Both the position numbers and the translations under genes were made by a program. Source: Eledone cirrhosa (Eukaryota). From it: DNA of 64,000 bases. The first letter of the stretch is position 1, and each line of letters opens with the position of its first letter. The notes beneath the pieces are model-generated. The model was not told the DNA's origin. It saw nothing but the letters and a program-made list of their open reading frames with translations, and did no database searches. The stretch covers positions 260,462,001 to 260,526,000 of the forward strand of contig OZ024740.1 of assembly GCA_964016885.1 (NCBI GenBank). Direction: 5' to 3'. Shown piece after piece: positions 1 through 15,250 of the stretch.

Positions 1-1050
1 CACAGCAGATGTACAAGTTCGTAAATTCCAATGCAGATAGAAATCTATTTTTGCTCACCCAGACATTGACGGAGGATCCAATATTCCTAGTTCAATATGT
101 GTGTGGTGTTATTTTGGTCGCACAAATCAATCACTTGGTTCAATATTATGGAGTATGGTTTTCTGGTCTTCGTAACAGTGTCAGTGGTTGTATATCTCGA
201 AATCACAAGGATCACAGTACTCCGGTTTGGTGTGATTATCGGTCATCCAACTATGTTGTCGGTGGTTGGATTCAATTCTATTGCCCCGAACGTAGAACTT
301 TGGTGTCGATAGAACATTAACGAGGCGGAGTGAGATCGCATCTGTGGTACAAAACGGTACGCAAGGAAATTCTTCGTCTTCGTTTCATCCGGGTCCAGCA
401 GTCACGTGCAAGAACCGCTACGTAGTAATTGTGGGGTTAATCGGTCAAGATAGTAACTGACCGAAAATTCTCTTAGGAATTCAGACAGGCATGACAGGTA
501 CATTTAGGTCAGCAGTTTCCTTATGTGTACGTGTGTCCGATACACACAGACACATATTTATATGTATTTCAACTCAAAAAATTCAATTGATTCGCCTATT
601 GACATTATATCTGTGTTGCTCCGATGTGCATGTTGTGGTGTTCTGATCGTGTATAGCATTCACTGTGTTTTGCTATTACCTTGGAATGTGATGTTATGGT
701 CATCAATAGTCCGGCAAGCGCATTCCTCTCTTATATTGCGGAGAATGGTGTTCTGGTCCTCAGTAAACATTTGGGTCAGCAGGAGGGGTGGTGGTTCTCA
801 GTTTCAACTTCGACAATACATATGTGTTACTCTACATATCGTGCTCCTCTCAAAGAAGAGTATTATAGGAGGAATTCATGCCAAACACCACATATAGAGA
901 AGATTTCTACAGAAAAAATATACATACATATACACATATATACACACATCATACACACACACATACACATACACACACATACGCATACATACATATATAC
1001 ACATACATATCACATATACACATACACACAATATAATACACATGCATACA

Positions 1051-1097
<47 letters not shown>

Positions 1098-1357
1098 ATA
1101 TACATGTATACAATGCACGCACACATGCATGCATGCATGCATGCACACACGTACGCACACACATATACATATGTCTGTGTGTGTGTGAGAGAGAGAAAAG
1201 GAGAATACACACACACACATACACACACATACACACACACGCAAAAACACCAACCTTGTAGGGGACTGTTCCACCCTTAGGGTACCTATCTATCTGGGTT
1301 ACGGGTTTGGGGGGGGGGGCTATAGTCTAGGTGTGGATTGCGTGATATATGTTACGT

Positions 1358-3190
1358 CTATGTGCTAGGTTTAAAATAGAAGAAGGAACTCAGGGTTTTG
1401 TGCTGGCAAGAGGAGAAAATTTCCGATTTCCTGTTAAGCAGGTTCAGTTTAGAGTGTATTATGGCATGGCATTCCAGTAAACACAGGTCACAACTACCGC
1501 TCTGCGGTCGGTATGGCGTGGATCTAGTAAGCTTCCTCCAAAAAAGTTTGTATGGGGTACTATTATTTTTTAAAAAGGAGATGTATACCGCCAGTGAGGT
1601 GGCATTCTTATGTCTATCGTGTCTAAATGTGTACATATGCGCGTTAAATCTAGTTTTAAATATATTGGACGTTGCTCCTATATATGTTTTGGTAGAGTTG
1701 TGTGTGGTTACGTCACATGCATATACGATGTTTTTCATGAGGCAATCCCCCCTTAGGGGACAATTACTACTCCGCCTACAATTGCAACTGCAGGTTCGAT
1801 TAGTTAGCGTACCTCCCGAACTTTGGTTACTAGCATTATCACTAGGTGCCTCTATATCATTAGATGGCTCATTGATGCTATTATGTTGCCCATTTTCCAG
1901 TGTAGTCGGTTGCTGGTGGTTAACTGCCATTTTAATTGCTTCGAAACCTGCCCTAGTTTTCCTAATGTTCGTGCGTGCTAGGTGTGATGCGAGGTTAGGT
2001 GTGGTCGAATAGGATAATTTAATTACGTTTTTGTTAATTATGTTGCGATATCTATTGCCTGGTGGGAAGTTTTTTTCTAATAATGAGAAGAATACTCTGG
2101 GGAGGTTAGTGAGGACCTCAGAGTTAAAAGGTGGGTTAAAATACATGTTTTTCCTTCTTCTATTTTTCTTATCTGTGGGGTGAGTCTCGCTACTGTGCGT
2201 ACTATTTTGTAGGGTTCCGTTATTAACGTTAGTGGCGTTGTCTGTTTTGCTTAAGCCCGGATGGTTTATATTCATGGCGTGATCATTTGCTGTTTTAGAG
2301 TTGTGGTGAGGGACTCTAGTATTGTCTTTACGTGGTTTACATTGAGCTGGGTTACCGCCATTAGGGTTCTTACTATTATTCTTGCCTCTAAGTTGGTTAG
2401 GCTTTGTGGCCATACTATGTGTGATTATGTTGGTAGGTTTCACACTCATGGTTTGGGAGTCCTTATGTATATATGATAATCTACTCCCGTAACCAGATTC
2501 TGCTAGGGCCTTGTCATAATACTCTGCACTGGAGTTGAAGATACTCTCATTACAGGACAGTCTGCTATTATATTAGAGACCCCCTTGGGAATAGCGTTTA
2601 GGACTGATTTGGGGTGGTTGGAGCTGGCGTTTACATATGTTAGTCTATCGTTAGGTTTATGGTAGGGTGCAAATGTTTTAGTTTCTAGGTCAAGGGTGGC
2701 GTCTAGGAAGTTTACTGTTTTGTCATTTGCATCTATGGTAATACTTAGATTAAAGTTTTTAAAGAACCTACGTAACTGTTTCCTAGTTCTTTCTATATTG
2801 CACTTTTTATACTCGAGAGTGAGGAGGGCGTCATCACGGTATAAGCCGCCCTTCAAGTGCGGTAATGTCTCATGTAACCCCTTTAAGAGGTACAATCCTA
2901 CCAGGTCCGTTACTTGTGCAGAGTCACTAGATCCCATTGTGATGTCGAAGTTATTGGGCGTATTCTTGCGGGTCCACAATTCATCCTCAAGTGTGTTTAT
3001 CGTTTTACGGGCCGCAAGAATGACATCAATTTGAGACCTAGTGAGGTCACTTTTCTGCATGGCCATGATTAGGGCTTTATTATGGAGTATGGGGGAGATT
3101 GAGGTGTAGTACGCATCGATGTCGAATTGTATAAATTTAAGGGATTTATGGTTGCTAAGGCTTGAGAACCATTTCAAAACCTCTTCCGTA
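1358..3190 (-). mobile_element. Penelope-like element, Naiad-like; 5'-truncated RT + GIY-YIG endonuclease with one frameshift
   Basis: ORF 2503-3177 has [23 protein letters not shown] and GGLYRDD. After a frameshift near 2560, ORF 1358-2449 has FNPPFN, CNCRRSSNCPLRGDC, IVY...YIG and CDLC. The 5' end abuts (TA)n at 3191. Confidence 0.9.
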
Positions 3191-3351
<161 letters not shown>

Positions 3352-3487
3352 AGTGTAATTTTCTACACAAAACGAAGGTTATAGAGAAAATTGAGGTTGG
3401 TAATGGCACATGGAATATATAAGAGACAGAATACTTTTTTGTGAAAAAACATAATTTTATAAGGTAAGGAAATAATAAAGGGTATAA

Positions 3488-3535
3488 AAAATGACCGGTT
3501 TCGATGGGTCTGCAAAAGCCATCTTTTCAAATGTT
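3488..3535 (-). ncRNA. Hammerhead-like ribozyme, U3-A8 core variant (left arm)
   Basis: Reverse complement reads TTGAAAA-GATGG..CCATC-GAA-ACCGGT-C: 5-bp stem II, palindromic stem III, GUC triplet. Confidence 0.65.
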
Positions 3536-3987
3536 GATTAATATTAAGAAAAGTTAATAATACGAAGAGTTAAAATTTGAGACTTGAAAATTCAAGTATA
3601 AAATTCATTGTGGGATTTCATAGCAGTTTTCATCTAGGTAGCAACAACAGGTTGACTGCTGTGTCCCTTTCTGGTAGTGAATGAGAAGTTATTTGGGGTG
3701 TGGGTTATTTTATAAAGGTCAGATTTAGCAATCACCAACTGGCCATCTGCTGGTCAGTGAGGGGGTGGAAGCAATATACATACACATATCTTCCTGTGAT
3801 GGGTAGGAGAGTGGAGCGTGATAGAAAGGGATTTAGTGCACTTACACCTATATATACACACATACCTTCATCCACACATACATACATATACATATACATA
3901 TATATATATATATACATATATACACACATACATACACACACACATACATATACATACACACATACACACACCCACATATATACACAT

Positions 3988-4054
<67 letters not shown>

Positions 4055-4119
4055 TATATATACATACACATACATCCAGATACACACATACATACACACA
4101 CACACACATATATATATAT

Positions 4120-4167
<48 letters not shown>

Positions 4168-4649
4168 CCCCCACACATACATACACACACACACACATAT
4201 ATATATATACATACACACATACAAACATACACACACATATATATACACACATACACATACACACACATATATATACACACACACACACATATACACATAC
4301 ATACACCCACACACAGAGAAATGGCCTTCAAATATATATATATATATATACATACAGACACATATATTTTTTCCATAATATAAGAAGTTGGGGCAGTGAA
4401 ATTAAAATACAAGTCATTCTGATCACATTGAGTTCTTCATGTAGATTGGGCCCCGCAACCGACAGTGGTGAATTCTGTGTGCGCATATATATATAGATAT
4501 ATGTGTGTGCACGTGCAGGGTTTAACATGGATGTGTTGGTCACACAAAGGCATGGTCTGTCAATGAATAAACCTGATTCTACAGAATTGGTCTCTGGTCT
4601 TTAATAGTAGTGATTCCGTGCGTATGTGTGTTTATATTTTATGACAATT

Positions 4650-6914
4650 CTATTGGGGTGATAACCCGTTTAGTTTTGGTTTAAATTTGTTAAGGAATAG
4701 ATTTTCTTTGTTTATTCTTTGTTGTTGTGTGAACGAATCTGAGCACTTGTAGAAGGGGAAGATTTTAAAGTTGGGTAGTGTCATTCCTGCGCAGTTCGCA
4801 ATATGGCTGCTCAAGGGCATTTTTCTTGTGTTAGCGTCCCGGATTTGTTGGCGGTGGATGGTCATTCTTTTGCGTAATGAGGTGCCCGTCTGTCCTATGT
4901 AGTTGTGTTTGCACCCACCGCAAGTTATTGCGTAAATCAAGTTCTCCGAGTTGCAGGTGAAATTGTTTTTTACTGTAAATGTTTGGCCATCTTTGAATGT
5001 AAATGTTTGTCCTTCAGTGAGTTAGAGGCACGTTCCACAGTTTGTTCTACCACATTTGGTAACTGTAGGGTTGAGGATTGGTTTGGGTATATTTGGTCCA
5101 GTGAGAATGCGTTTAAGTGATTTGGGTTGTCTTTTACTTTTAAGGATCTTGTGTGTTTCAAGAATAGACTTCATTTTTACATCTTTAAGTAGGATGGGGA
5201 GGTTTTTGTGTAGGTGATCAAACATTTCGGTATTTCTGGGGTTGAAAGTGGATACATATGGCAGGGTGTTGAGTGTGGTTTTCTGTTTTGGATTGTTAAG
5301 TTGATGGGGATTTAGGTGTTTTGCCCTGTCTATTCCATTGTTGATTATTTCAAGTGGAAAGGCTCTTAAGATAAGGGTGTCTTTTAGTTCCTTTAGTCTT
5401 TGCTCCCGTTTAGGTGGATCTGATACTATGGTACATATACGTTTGGCCAAATTGTAAGGAATGTTAAGTTTTGTATGTTTTGGGTGACTTGATGTGAAAA
5501 AGAGGTATTGCTTGGAATCTGTGGGTTTATAGAATATATCTGTATCTAATTTCCCGTCTATTACAGAGATGAGAATATCCAAGAAGGCTAATTCCTTAGG
5601 ATTGGATTCCATTGTGAATTGTATGTTATTATCTATGTTGTTTATCATGTTTTTAAACGTAGTAAGTGAGTTCAATTCTTCTTGCCATAGGATAAAGCAG
5701 TCGTCTAGATATCTTTTCCAATTGGCTTTGAGGTGTGTGTGGAAAGAGTCTCCAAATAAGAGAAGGGACTGACTGTATATTTGTTGTTCATGGAATCCCA
5801 TGACTAGGTTGGCATATGTGGGTGCTACTTTCGTGCCCATTGCCGTACCTGATACTTGTCTGTATGTTGAACCATTGAATGTGAAGTAGTTATTTTGTAG
5901 GATAAAGCGGAGTCCGTCAGTGATAAAATCTGTGTTGATGCGTGTCGGTATTTCTGATGGGTGTGTGTTAAGCCAATATTGGACTGCTGTTATTCCATAG
6001 TTGTGAGGTATGTTTGTGTAGAGGTTTATTACGTCAAAGGAGACAAGAATTGTATTTGCACTTACTGTTTTAGGGAGGTGTTTCAGCATGTTAAGGTCAT
6101 CTCGTATGTAGCTCTGTATATGTTGTAGAAAGGGTTTCAGTAGGATGTCCAGAAAGTTGCTAAGTCTGTGGGTTTCACATGTAGGGCCTGCTATAATTGG
6201 CCTGAGTTTTAGGTCTTCTGGTGGTGTTAGTTCAATGTAATTGTTGGTTGAGGTGTCACATGCATCGTTTATGGGTTTACATTTGTGAAGTTTCGGTAAG
6301 CCGTAAAAAGAGCTTGTATTGCATTTGAAGTGGCTTATATAGTTAAACTCTTTTGTGGTTAAGCTGTTGCGGTATTTATTCAGTAAGGTAGAAAGGTTCC
6401 CCATTGTTTTGGTGTGTTTGTAGTTTTCTGTTTTTTCATAGTATGTGTTGTTTTCTAAAATGTTAAGTGCGAGGGTCCTATAGTAGTCCGTATTCATAAT
6501 GACAACAGTACTGCCTTTATCGGCTTCTTTGATAGTTATCTCAGGGTTGTTTCTAAGTGTGAATAATTCTTCCCATTCGTGTGTAGATAGGTTTGATTTC
6601 GTGTGTTTATTTGTAATTTTTTCATAGGGAAAGTTGGTGATGTGTTCGCAGTACGTGTCCAGTGCTTTATTTCTTCCCTTTTGTGGGCAGAAATTGCTTT
6701 TATTTCTAACCAGTGATTCGTCTTCAGTGTTGGTGTCGTTGTGGAAGAATTCCGTTAGTCGCAGCTTTCGGCAGTATTCCATGATGTCATCCTTCATTTC
6801 GGGGAAGTTTGGTTTACGTGGTGTAGGTGTAAATTTCAGGCCCTTACTTAAAATGTTGATTTGTGTGTTGGTTAGAGGTGTCTTTGAGAGGTTGATTATT
6901 TTTGGTTTCTCCTG
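4650..6914 (-). pseudogene. PLE polyprotein (RT + Cys knuckle + GIY-YIG) interrupted by a single in-frame TAA at 5022-5024
   Basis: Motifs IINLSK..LSKGLKFTPTP, ADKG, YGLPKLHK, RPIIAG, SFDVINLYTNIP, GTAMGT, RYLDD, CGRTNCGTC, then LIYAITC..YIGQT. ORFs 5022-6797 and 4650-4940 are in the same frame. Confidence 0.9.
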
Positions 6915-7619
6915 AGGGGGGGGGGGGGGGGCATCGAGTATCCTGGTATTTCAGGCTTTTCCCTAAAAAAGCAATGTAGTTTTGTGTGTGATTATACTTT
7001 GTTGGTCTGTTGCTTGTGGGTCTGTAGCTTGTTGTTTCATGAGGGTGAATGTGATGGTGGGGGTGGTATGTGTTGTGGTTGTTGATGAGCAAGGGTTCTG
7101 TTGTTGGTCCATGTGGTCTGGGTGCGTTATTTCTGTGGTACAGAGTGTTGAGGCTGGGGGGTTGTCTTTTGTTGGATTGAGGGTGATGTCTGGTGTGGTT
7201 GTATATAGAATCAGGTTTATTCATTGACAGACCATGCCTTTGTGTGACCAACACATCCATGTTAAACCCTGCACGTGCGCACACATATATCTATATATAT
7301 ATGCGCACACAGAATTCACCACTGTCGGTTGCGGGGCCCAATCTACATGAAGAACTCAATGTGATCAGAATGACTTGTATTTTAATTTCACTGCCCCAAC
7401 TTCTTATATTATGGAAAAAATATATGTGTCTGTATGTATATATATATATATATATTTGAAGGCCATTTCTCTGTGTGTGGGTGTATGTATGTGTATATGT
7501 GTGTGTGTGTGTATATATATGTGTGTGTATGTGTATGTGTGTATATATATGTGTGTGTGTGTGTATGTTTGTATGTGTGTATGTATATATATATGTGTGT
7601 GTGTGTATGTATGTGTGGG

Positions 7620-7657
<38 letters not shown>

Positions 7658-7664
7658 GTGTGTG

Positions 7665-7707
<43 letters not shown>

Positions 7708-7738
7708 GTGTATCTGGATGTATGTGTATGTATATATA

Positions 7739-7787
<49 letters not shown>

Positions 7788-7852
7788 ATGTGTATATATG
7801 TGGGTGTGTGTATGTGTGTATGTATATGTATGTGTGTGTGTATGTATGTGTG

Positions 7853-7895
<43 letters not shown>

Positions 7896-8251
7896 GTATA
7901 TGTATGTATGTGTGGATGAAGGTATGTGTGTATATATAGGTGTAAGTGCACTAAATCCCTTTCTATCACGCTCCACTCTCCTACCCATCACAGGAAGATA
8001 TGTGTATGTATATTGCTTCCACCCCCTCACTGACCAGCAGCTGGCCAGTTGGTGATTGCTAAATCTGACCTTTATAAAATAACCCACACCCCAAATAACT
8101 TCTCATTCACTACCAGAAAGGGACACAGCAGTCAACCTGTTGTTGCTACCTAGATGAAAACTGCTATGAAATCCCACAATGAATTTTATACTTGAATTTT
8201 CAAGTCTCAAATTTTAACTCTTCGTATTATTAACTTTTCTTAATATTAATC

Positions 8252-8299
8252 AACATTTGAAAAGATGGCTTTTGCAGACCCATCGAAACCGGTCATTTT
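8252..8299 (+). ncRNA. Hammerhead-like ribozyme, U3-A8 core variant (right arm)
   Basis: aacat-TTGAAAA-GATGG cttttgcagac CCATC-GAAACCGGTC-atttt. Confidence 0.65.
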
Positions 8300-8396
8300 T
8301 TATACCCTTTATTATTTCCTTACCTTATAAAATTATGTTTTTTCACAAAAAAGTATTCTGTCTCTTATATATTCCATGTGCCATTACCAACGTCAA

Positions 8397-9526
<1,130 letters not shown>

Positions 9527-10049
9527 ATATGGGTGAGAAGAATACTGCTGGTTGCACATGGATAACATGTTTATAAAATGAGTCCCTCATCAGTGATTTA
9601 CCAAACGATCATGGGTATTTCATCGCATTAAAAATCATATACCTCACGTTGGAGCGATAATAACTAAAATAAGTTATTAGGACAATAGAAACGCGTAAAG
9701 CGAGTGAGACAAGTAAACAACACAGGGGGAAGCTAACCGAAGATGGAAATAAACGCAAGCAACATAGTCATTCTTTCAGCATAAGCTGTGTGAATATATG
9801 AGCGAGTCAGAAAACAGACCTTTCGCTAGTGAATCCGGTGTTAGAAAGAATGAAAACCGTTTTCCCAGCGAACGGGAGGAAGAAAGAAGGGGAGAAACAG
9901 GGACTGAGTGAGTGGGAGTGCGAGAAAGAGGTCAGTAGAGAGAAAGAGTTAACTGACATGGCAGAGGGGACGAAAGAAAGTAAGAGAAATAGAGAGAACG
10001 AGGGAGCAGTAAGAGAGAAATATATATATATATATATTAGTAAAAAGGA

Positions 10050-11388
10050 AAAGAAATGCTGACAAATTTTTCCCAGTGAAAAATAGTTTAATTAGGAATA
10101 AGTATAAATTAGTAATAAGTATTGGTTAGTATTCAGTTTTAGTTTTAGTTTTAAATTTTTACCGGTTGCGCATTCTAATGCTTTTCAAAAATAATTTTGA
10201 GATAGAGCGCTCGTGATGTTTGCTCTAATCTGATCAGTTTTGGAAATTCTTCCTGTTTTATGTGAAAAGGCTGAACACTACGAAAAGGCTGAACACTACA
10301 ATCAACAGAAAATTACGAGAAGCCTAAACACTCTGATCAACCAATACAAAGAAGGACTCACTAACAAGGAATTCAGCTTCATCACAGACTTCACAATTAA
10401 ATCCAGCCTTTTCTACGGTATCCCTAAAGTACATAAAAACGAATTAATAAGTAAGACATGCAAGGAAGCCACAGGCATAGTCATCAATGTCCCCTCACCC
10501 AATGATCTCAAATTAAGACCTATAATAGCAGGCCCCGCTTGCGAAACCCACCGCCTTAGCAACTTCATTGATACCCTTCTCAAGCCTTTTCTCAAACACA
10601 TCAAAAGCTATATAAGGGACGACCTAGATATGCTCTATCACCTCCCTAATATACCCCTTACTGAACAAACCCTACTAGTGACGTTCGATGTAGTCAACCT
10701 ATACTCCAACATCCCCACAACCTAGGAATATAAACTATCCAATTCTGGCTGGATAATTACCACAATGAACTCCCACAACGCATCAAAAAAGAATTCGTGA
10801 TAGAAGGACTCAAATTTATCTTGGAGAACAATTACTTCGTTTTCAATAACAAATCCTACAGGCAGAAATCTGGGATTGCTATGGGAACGAAAACGACCCC
10901 CATTTATGCCAACCTAGTCATGGGATACCTGGAAATCACCCTCTACTAAACAAATTTGGAAACACTCTCAACTTACACATAGAAAAGAACTGGAAGCGAT
11001 ATCTAGATGACTGCTTCATCCTTTGGCACGAAAATATCGAGAAACTTAAAGAATTTCATACCCTTATAAATGGGCTTAACACGAATATTAACTTTACGAT
11101 GGAATACAGCCACCAACAACTCCCCTTCCTCGAGATCCTCATTAAGATTCATAACAAAAAAATAGAAACAGACATATACTACAAGCCCACAGACTCCAAG
11201 CAATATCTTCCTTTCAATTCTTGCCACCCTAGACACGGTAAAATTAATATTCCCTACAACTTAGCCAAGAGAATCTGTACTATAGTCTCCAATAAAAACA
11301 CCTGTTACTTACGGCTACAAGAAATAAAGGACACACTCATAAGCAGGGACTACCCTGCATCACTAATTGACAATGGAATCCAACGATC
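10050..11388 (+). mobile_element. Neptune-like PLE fragment (degenerate RT) preceded by an inverted pLTR-like segment 10050-10265
   Basis: FYGIPKVHK, KLRPIIAGPACETHRLS, TFDVVNLYSNIP, GIAMGT, RYLDD, YKPTDSKQYL. The first ~215 bp match 25200-25420 and carry an antisense HHR. Confidence 0.88.
10156..10192 (-). ncRNA. Hammerhead-like motif, U3-A8 and GCAA variant
   Basis: Reverse complement: ttt-TTGAAAA-GCAT taga ATGC-GCAA-CCGG-TA-aaa. Confidence 0.5.
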
Positions 11389-12675
11389 TTCCGGTCTTTA
11401 CGAAAGCCCGACTTCCACAGCGACCTCAAACTGTGACACGTCGCCCAGGCTTTACTCTTCTCCACTACAGCATCCTCTGTGTTCCGAATCTTTGCTCCAA
11501 GATACAGGAAGTCCTTAACCAGCGCTGGCGGCTTCCCGCCTTCATTCATACTCTTCTCTGGCTCTTTGATGTTCTCTACCAGATAATTTGTCTTACTCTC
11601 ATTCATTCTCAGCCCCACACTCATTGTCGCAGTCTCCACCGCTCGCATCAACTCCTCTGCCTCCTACACTGTGATTATTACCAGAGCTATGTCGTCAGAA
11701 AATTCAGAATCTGATATCTTTAGCTTTAACTCTCCTTCTATGAGCCAATGCTACAGTAAAGCCGAAGTCCTGGTGTTTCTCCAGTGCAAGGCGCATACAA
11801 TAGTCCACTGTGATGATACAAAGGTAGGGAACCAATGTATCGCCCTGGAGCACTCCAGCCAGCATCTAAAAGAACTCTGTCATCCCACCAAGTTTAATGA
11901 CTTGGGCTCTGGTGTTGGTGTAGAGCAGTGATATCAGGTCCACTATCTTCTTGGGGATTCCATATGCCTGTAAGATCTTCATCACACAGTCTGGGTTCAC
12001 AGAACCAAAGACCTTCCTGAAGTCAATGAAAACCATGAGAGCAGGAAGTCTCTTTACTCTGGTTCCCTCTAAAATTCTCCTCGACATCAGGATGTGACTG
12101 GTGGTTGATCTTCCCTCTCTGAAGCCGTTCTGGCTGTCTCTGAGCTTCTTCTCTATCTCGGGCTGGATCCTGTTAAGAAACATCCTTGGTCGCTGCCCAG
12201 TGTACTGAAATAACTGTATTGTTCTGTGTTCAGAACATTATTCCACCACTTTTTCCTCACCAGAATGAAATCAATCTGGGACTTGGTCAGGTGCATATCA
12301 CAGATGTTGGTTCACATCTTCCCCTGATTCTTCCTAGACCTTAGATTGGTTGCCATCAGGTTCGCCTCCAGCAGAGTGTCTCTCAGCAATTTCCCGTTTC
12401 AGTTGGTGTTGTTATGGAAGTACCAGCAATGATTTTCACTGCTCTCCTTACTCAGATGTGCATTGAAGTCACCCAGAGCAAGCACAATGTTGTGAGCTCG
12501 TGTGGTGTTGGTAGCTCTACACACTTCCTCATGGAACTCCTCTGCACATACATCACTGTCCTCCTCAGTTGGACGATAGGCTGAGATGGCTGTCAGCCTT
12601 GGGTTTCCCTCAAATCTCACCGGGAGATCGGTATGATCTACCTCACTAATAGGTTGGATATTGTACTCAAGACAA
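11385..12675 (-). mobile_element. RTE-clade LINE fragment with internal deletions (APE end, RT, RT C-terminus)
   Basis: LGDFNAHL, QNGFREGRSTTSHI, FIDFRK, DFLYLG; same family as 33140-33801. Confidence 0.85.
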
Positions 12676-12715
12676 AACCTACGCTTCCATACATTAACAG
12701 ATATATTATTAATAC

Positions 12716-13343
12716 TTGTGAATGGAGTTCCACTGAAGCAGGTAGAGTTCAAGTATCTCTGGGCCATGTTCATGAGTGCTAGAAGGCAGGAGGCTGAATT
12801 AAGTGCAAAAATTGCTGGAGCTGATGCAGTAATGTGCCAGCTTCAGCATTCGGTAATCAGAAGAAGGGGGGCGGGTAGGTGTAAGAGCCAAGCTCGCTGT
12901 CTTCTTGGTATTCCTGCCCACCCTTACCTAGGGTCATGGATCTTCGGTAATGACCGAAGAAATACGATTGCAAATACAAGCAGCCGAAATAGGGTTCCCC
13001 CGAAAGGTCTTTGGAGTAACGTCACTCGATAAAGTGCAAAGCTAAGAGATCAGAGAGTCACTCCTGGTAGAGCCGCTACTTCTCCGATACTATGGGCATG
13101 TGGTTAGAATGTCTCAGGAAAGAATCGCTGGACAGATTTTTACAGGCAAAACCAACCGGCAAGAGACCCAGAGATAGACCCTGAGCAAGATAGTTGAATA
13201 ACATCCATGAGCTTGGCTGGTCTCACTTTGGGATCCAGCTGGGTCAGTTAGAGATGTTTGCTTCTGACAGACTCGCTGGAAGGAGTGTTTGAGAAGGACT
13301 CTGCCCCCACGTCCCTCTCAGAAATAAGTGCACGAAGAAGAAG
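12716..13343 (+). mobile_element. RTE/BovB-like LINE 3' fragment with (GAA)n tail
   Basis: NGVPLKQVEFKYL; visibly similar to 19820-20360; ends gaagaagaag. Confidence 0.8.
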
Positions 13344-13465
13344 ATATTGTCAATTTACTTTTTGATTTATACACCATATCTATATGCATATATATTTTCG
13401 TATAATACCAATATGCACACTATATATGCTAGCGGAAAACCGTTCGAGGGCAGTTTTTCTGCTAG
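13344..13465 (+). mobile_element. Non-autonomous Helitron-like 3' end
   Basis: Matches the 3' ends of 14298-14788 and 41832-42307; terminal hairpin plus CTAG. Confidence 0.6.
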
Positions 13466-13667
13466 TGTATTTAATAACAATTGAAATATTTTAAATTTTG
13501 ACAAAAAATGTCGTTTCATTGCTATATTTTAATATATAATTTAAAATTGATTAATTTCTCAGTTATATATAATTTAAAATGGGTTAATTTTTCATTTGGC
13601 CATCAAAACAGTTTAAGCTGTATATATAATATATAATTTAATATATATTTAGTAGCTAGAATAAGGA

Positions 13668-14186
13668 TAGGATGGAAGAAATGTAGAGAGCTCCTAGCTC
13701 TGTAAACGACAAAAGTTTCCTCTGTGAATGAAAGGACAGCTGTATGCCGCCTGTGCATGAAGTACAATGCTGCATGGTAATGAAAGATGGGCAGTGACAT
13801 GACAGAGGATATACATAGGCTGGAGAGAAATGGAGCAATGGATATGCTTCAATGGATGTGCAATGTTAATGTGTGAGAATGACAAAGCTTGGATGAACTG
13901 AGGGAGAAACTGGGTATAAGGGGAATCAGTAGTAGTGTGCAAGAAAGAAGACTGGGTGAAGAAGTGTCAGAAAATTTCAGTGGAAGGAAGTTGCGGTGGC
14001 GGAAGATGAAGGGAGACTTAGGAGGAGGTAGTAAGAGATGATCTAAAATTATTGAAACTCACTGAGGAGATGACGAAGGAATGGGGTGAGTGGAGAGATG
14101 CTGTGCTGAAAAGGACCCATCCAACCCAAGCAAACATAGAAAAGCGGATGTAAAAATCATCATCATCATCATCATCATCATTATTA
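13668..14186 (+). mobile_element. Degenerate RTE 3' fragment ending in (CAT)n
   Basis: Remnants resembling an RTE C-terminus (LERNGA..MLQWMCNV..LDELREKLGI); a related piece lies at 45720-45895. Confidence 0.65.
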
Positions 14187-14297
14187 TTAAAAATATAACA
14201 GGGTCCTCATGGACTTTGAGGCTCTGGACTAAAGCCAATATATAAATCCAATACTGAGAACAAGCTATCACTACCATATTGAGAAGTATATTCATAA

Positions 14298-14788
14298 TCT
14301 TAACTATAATAAAGTAAGGAGTGCGGGACTGCGTCCAGAATATATTTTTGTATCCCGTTTGTAAAATAAGTTGGATTACTTTGAATAAATAATGAATGAA
14401 TATTACATAATTTATCTACTAAATTTCGTTATTCGTGATTAAATATAAATAATTTTGTTGCTTATTTTTTAAGATTCACTTCTTTAAAATTTTCAAATGT
14501 CAACACTTCCGGTTAGCGATCGCTTAAATAAACATTCATATATTTCCGTCACTAATTTTCTCCTAATGCAGTTTATATATAATATCGTCTTTTTTTAATG
14601 TGTCATGGATTACGTTACTGATTACATAAGAGAGTGTAACACAGTCTTCGTTCAATTTTAGTGTATATTGTCAATTACGATTTTATTTGATGTCTCATAT
14701 CTACATGTATATATATACCTGCGTATAATATCAATATACACACTACACATGCTAGTAGAGAACCACCCGAAGGTGCTTTTTCTGCTAG
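14298..14788 (+). mobile_element. Non-autonomous Helitron-like element
   Basis: 5' A|TC, 3' hairpin + CTAG|T; second copy at 41832-42307. Confidence 0.7.
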
Positions 14789-14884
14789 TGTATATAATAT
14801 AGGTGACGTATGTCCACCATGGTCTGGAGGTTCTGAAACAATCATAAGACTTCTTTTATTGACTCCATATGGTTTAGAAATGTA

Positions 14885-15250
14885 ATTGCTGCTGTTGTTG
14901 CCGTTGATGATGTTGCTGCTGTTGTTGCCGTTGATGATGTTGCTGCTGTTGTTGCCGTTGATGATGTTGCTGCTGTAGTTGCCGTTGATGATGTTGCTGA
15001 CGTCGTTGCTGCTGTTGCTGCTAACAATGTTGCTGCTAACATTGTTGGTATTACTGCTGATGCTGTTGGTGTCCTTGCTGTTTTTGCTGCTGTCGTTATT
15101 ATTGCTGCTACTGTTGCTGCTGCTGTCGTTGCTGTTGCTACCGCTGTTGTTGAGGCTGCTGTTGTTACTGTCATTGCTACTGTTGCTGTTATTGACATTG
15201 TTGCTATTGCTGATGCTGTTACTGACATTGCTGATGTCGCTGCTGCTGTT
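14885..15250. repeat. (GTT/GCT)n low-complexity tract including ~4 x 27-bp minisatellite
   Basis: Unit gctgctgttgttgccgttgatgatgtt; gives Asn/Ser-, Thr/Ala- or Leu-rich open frames. Confidence 0.9.
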
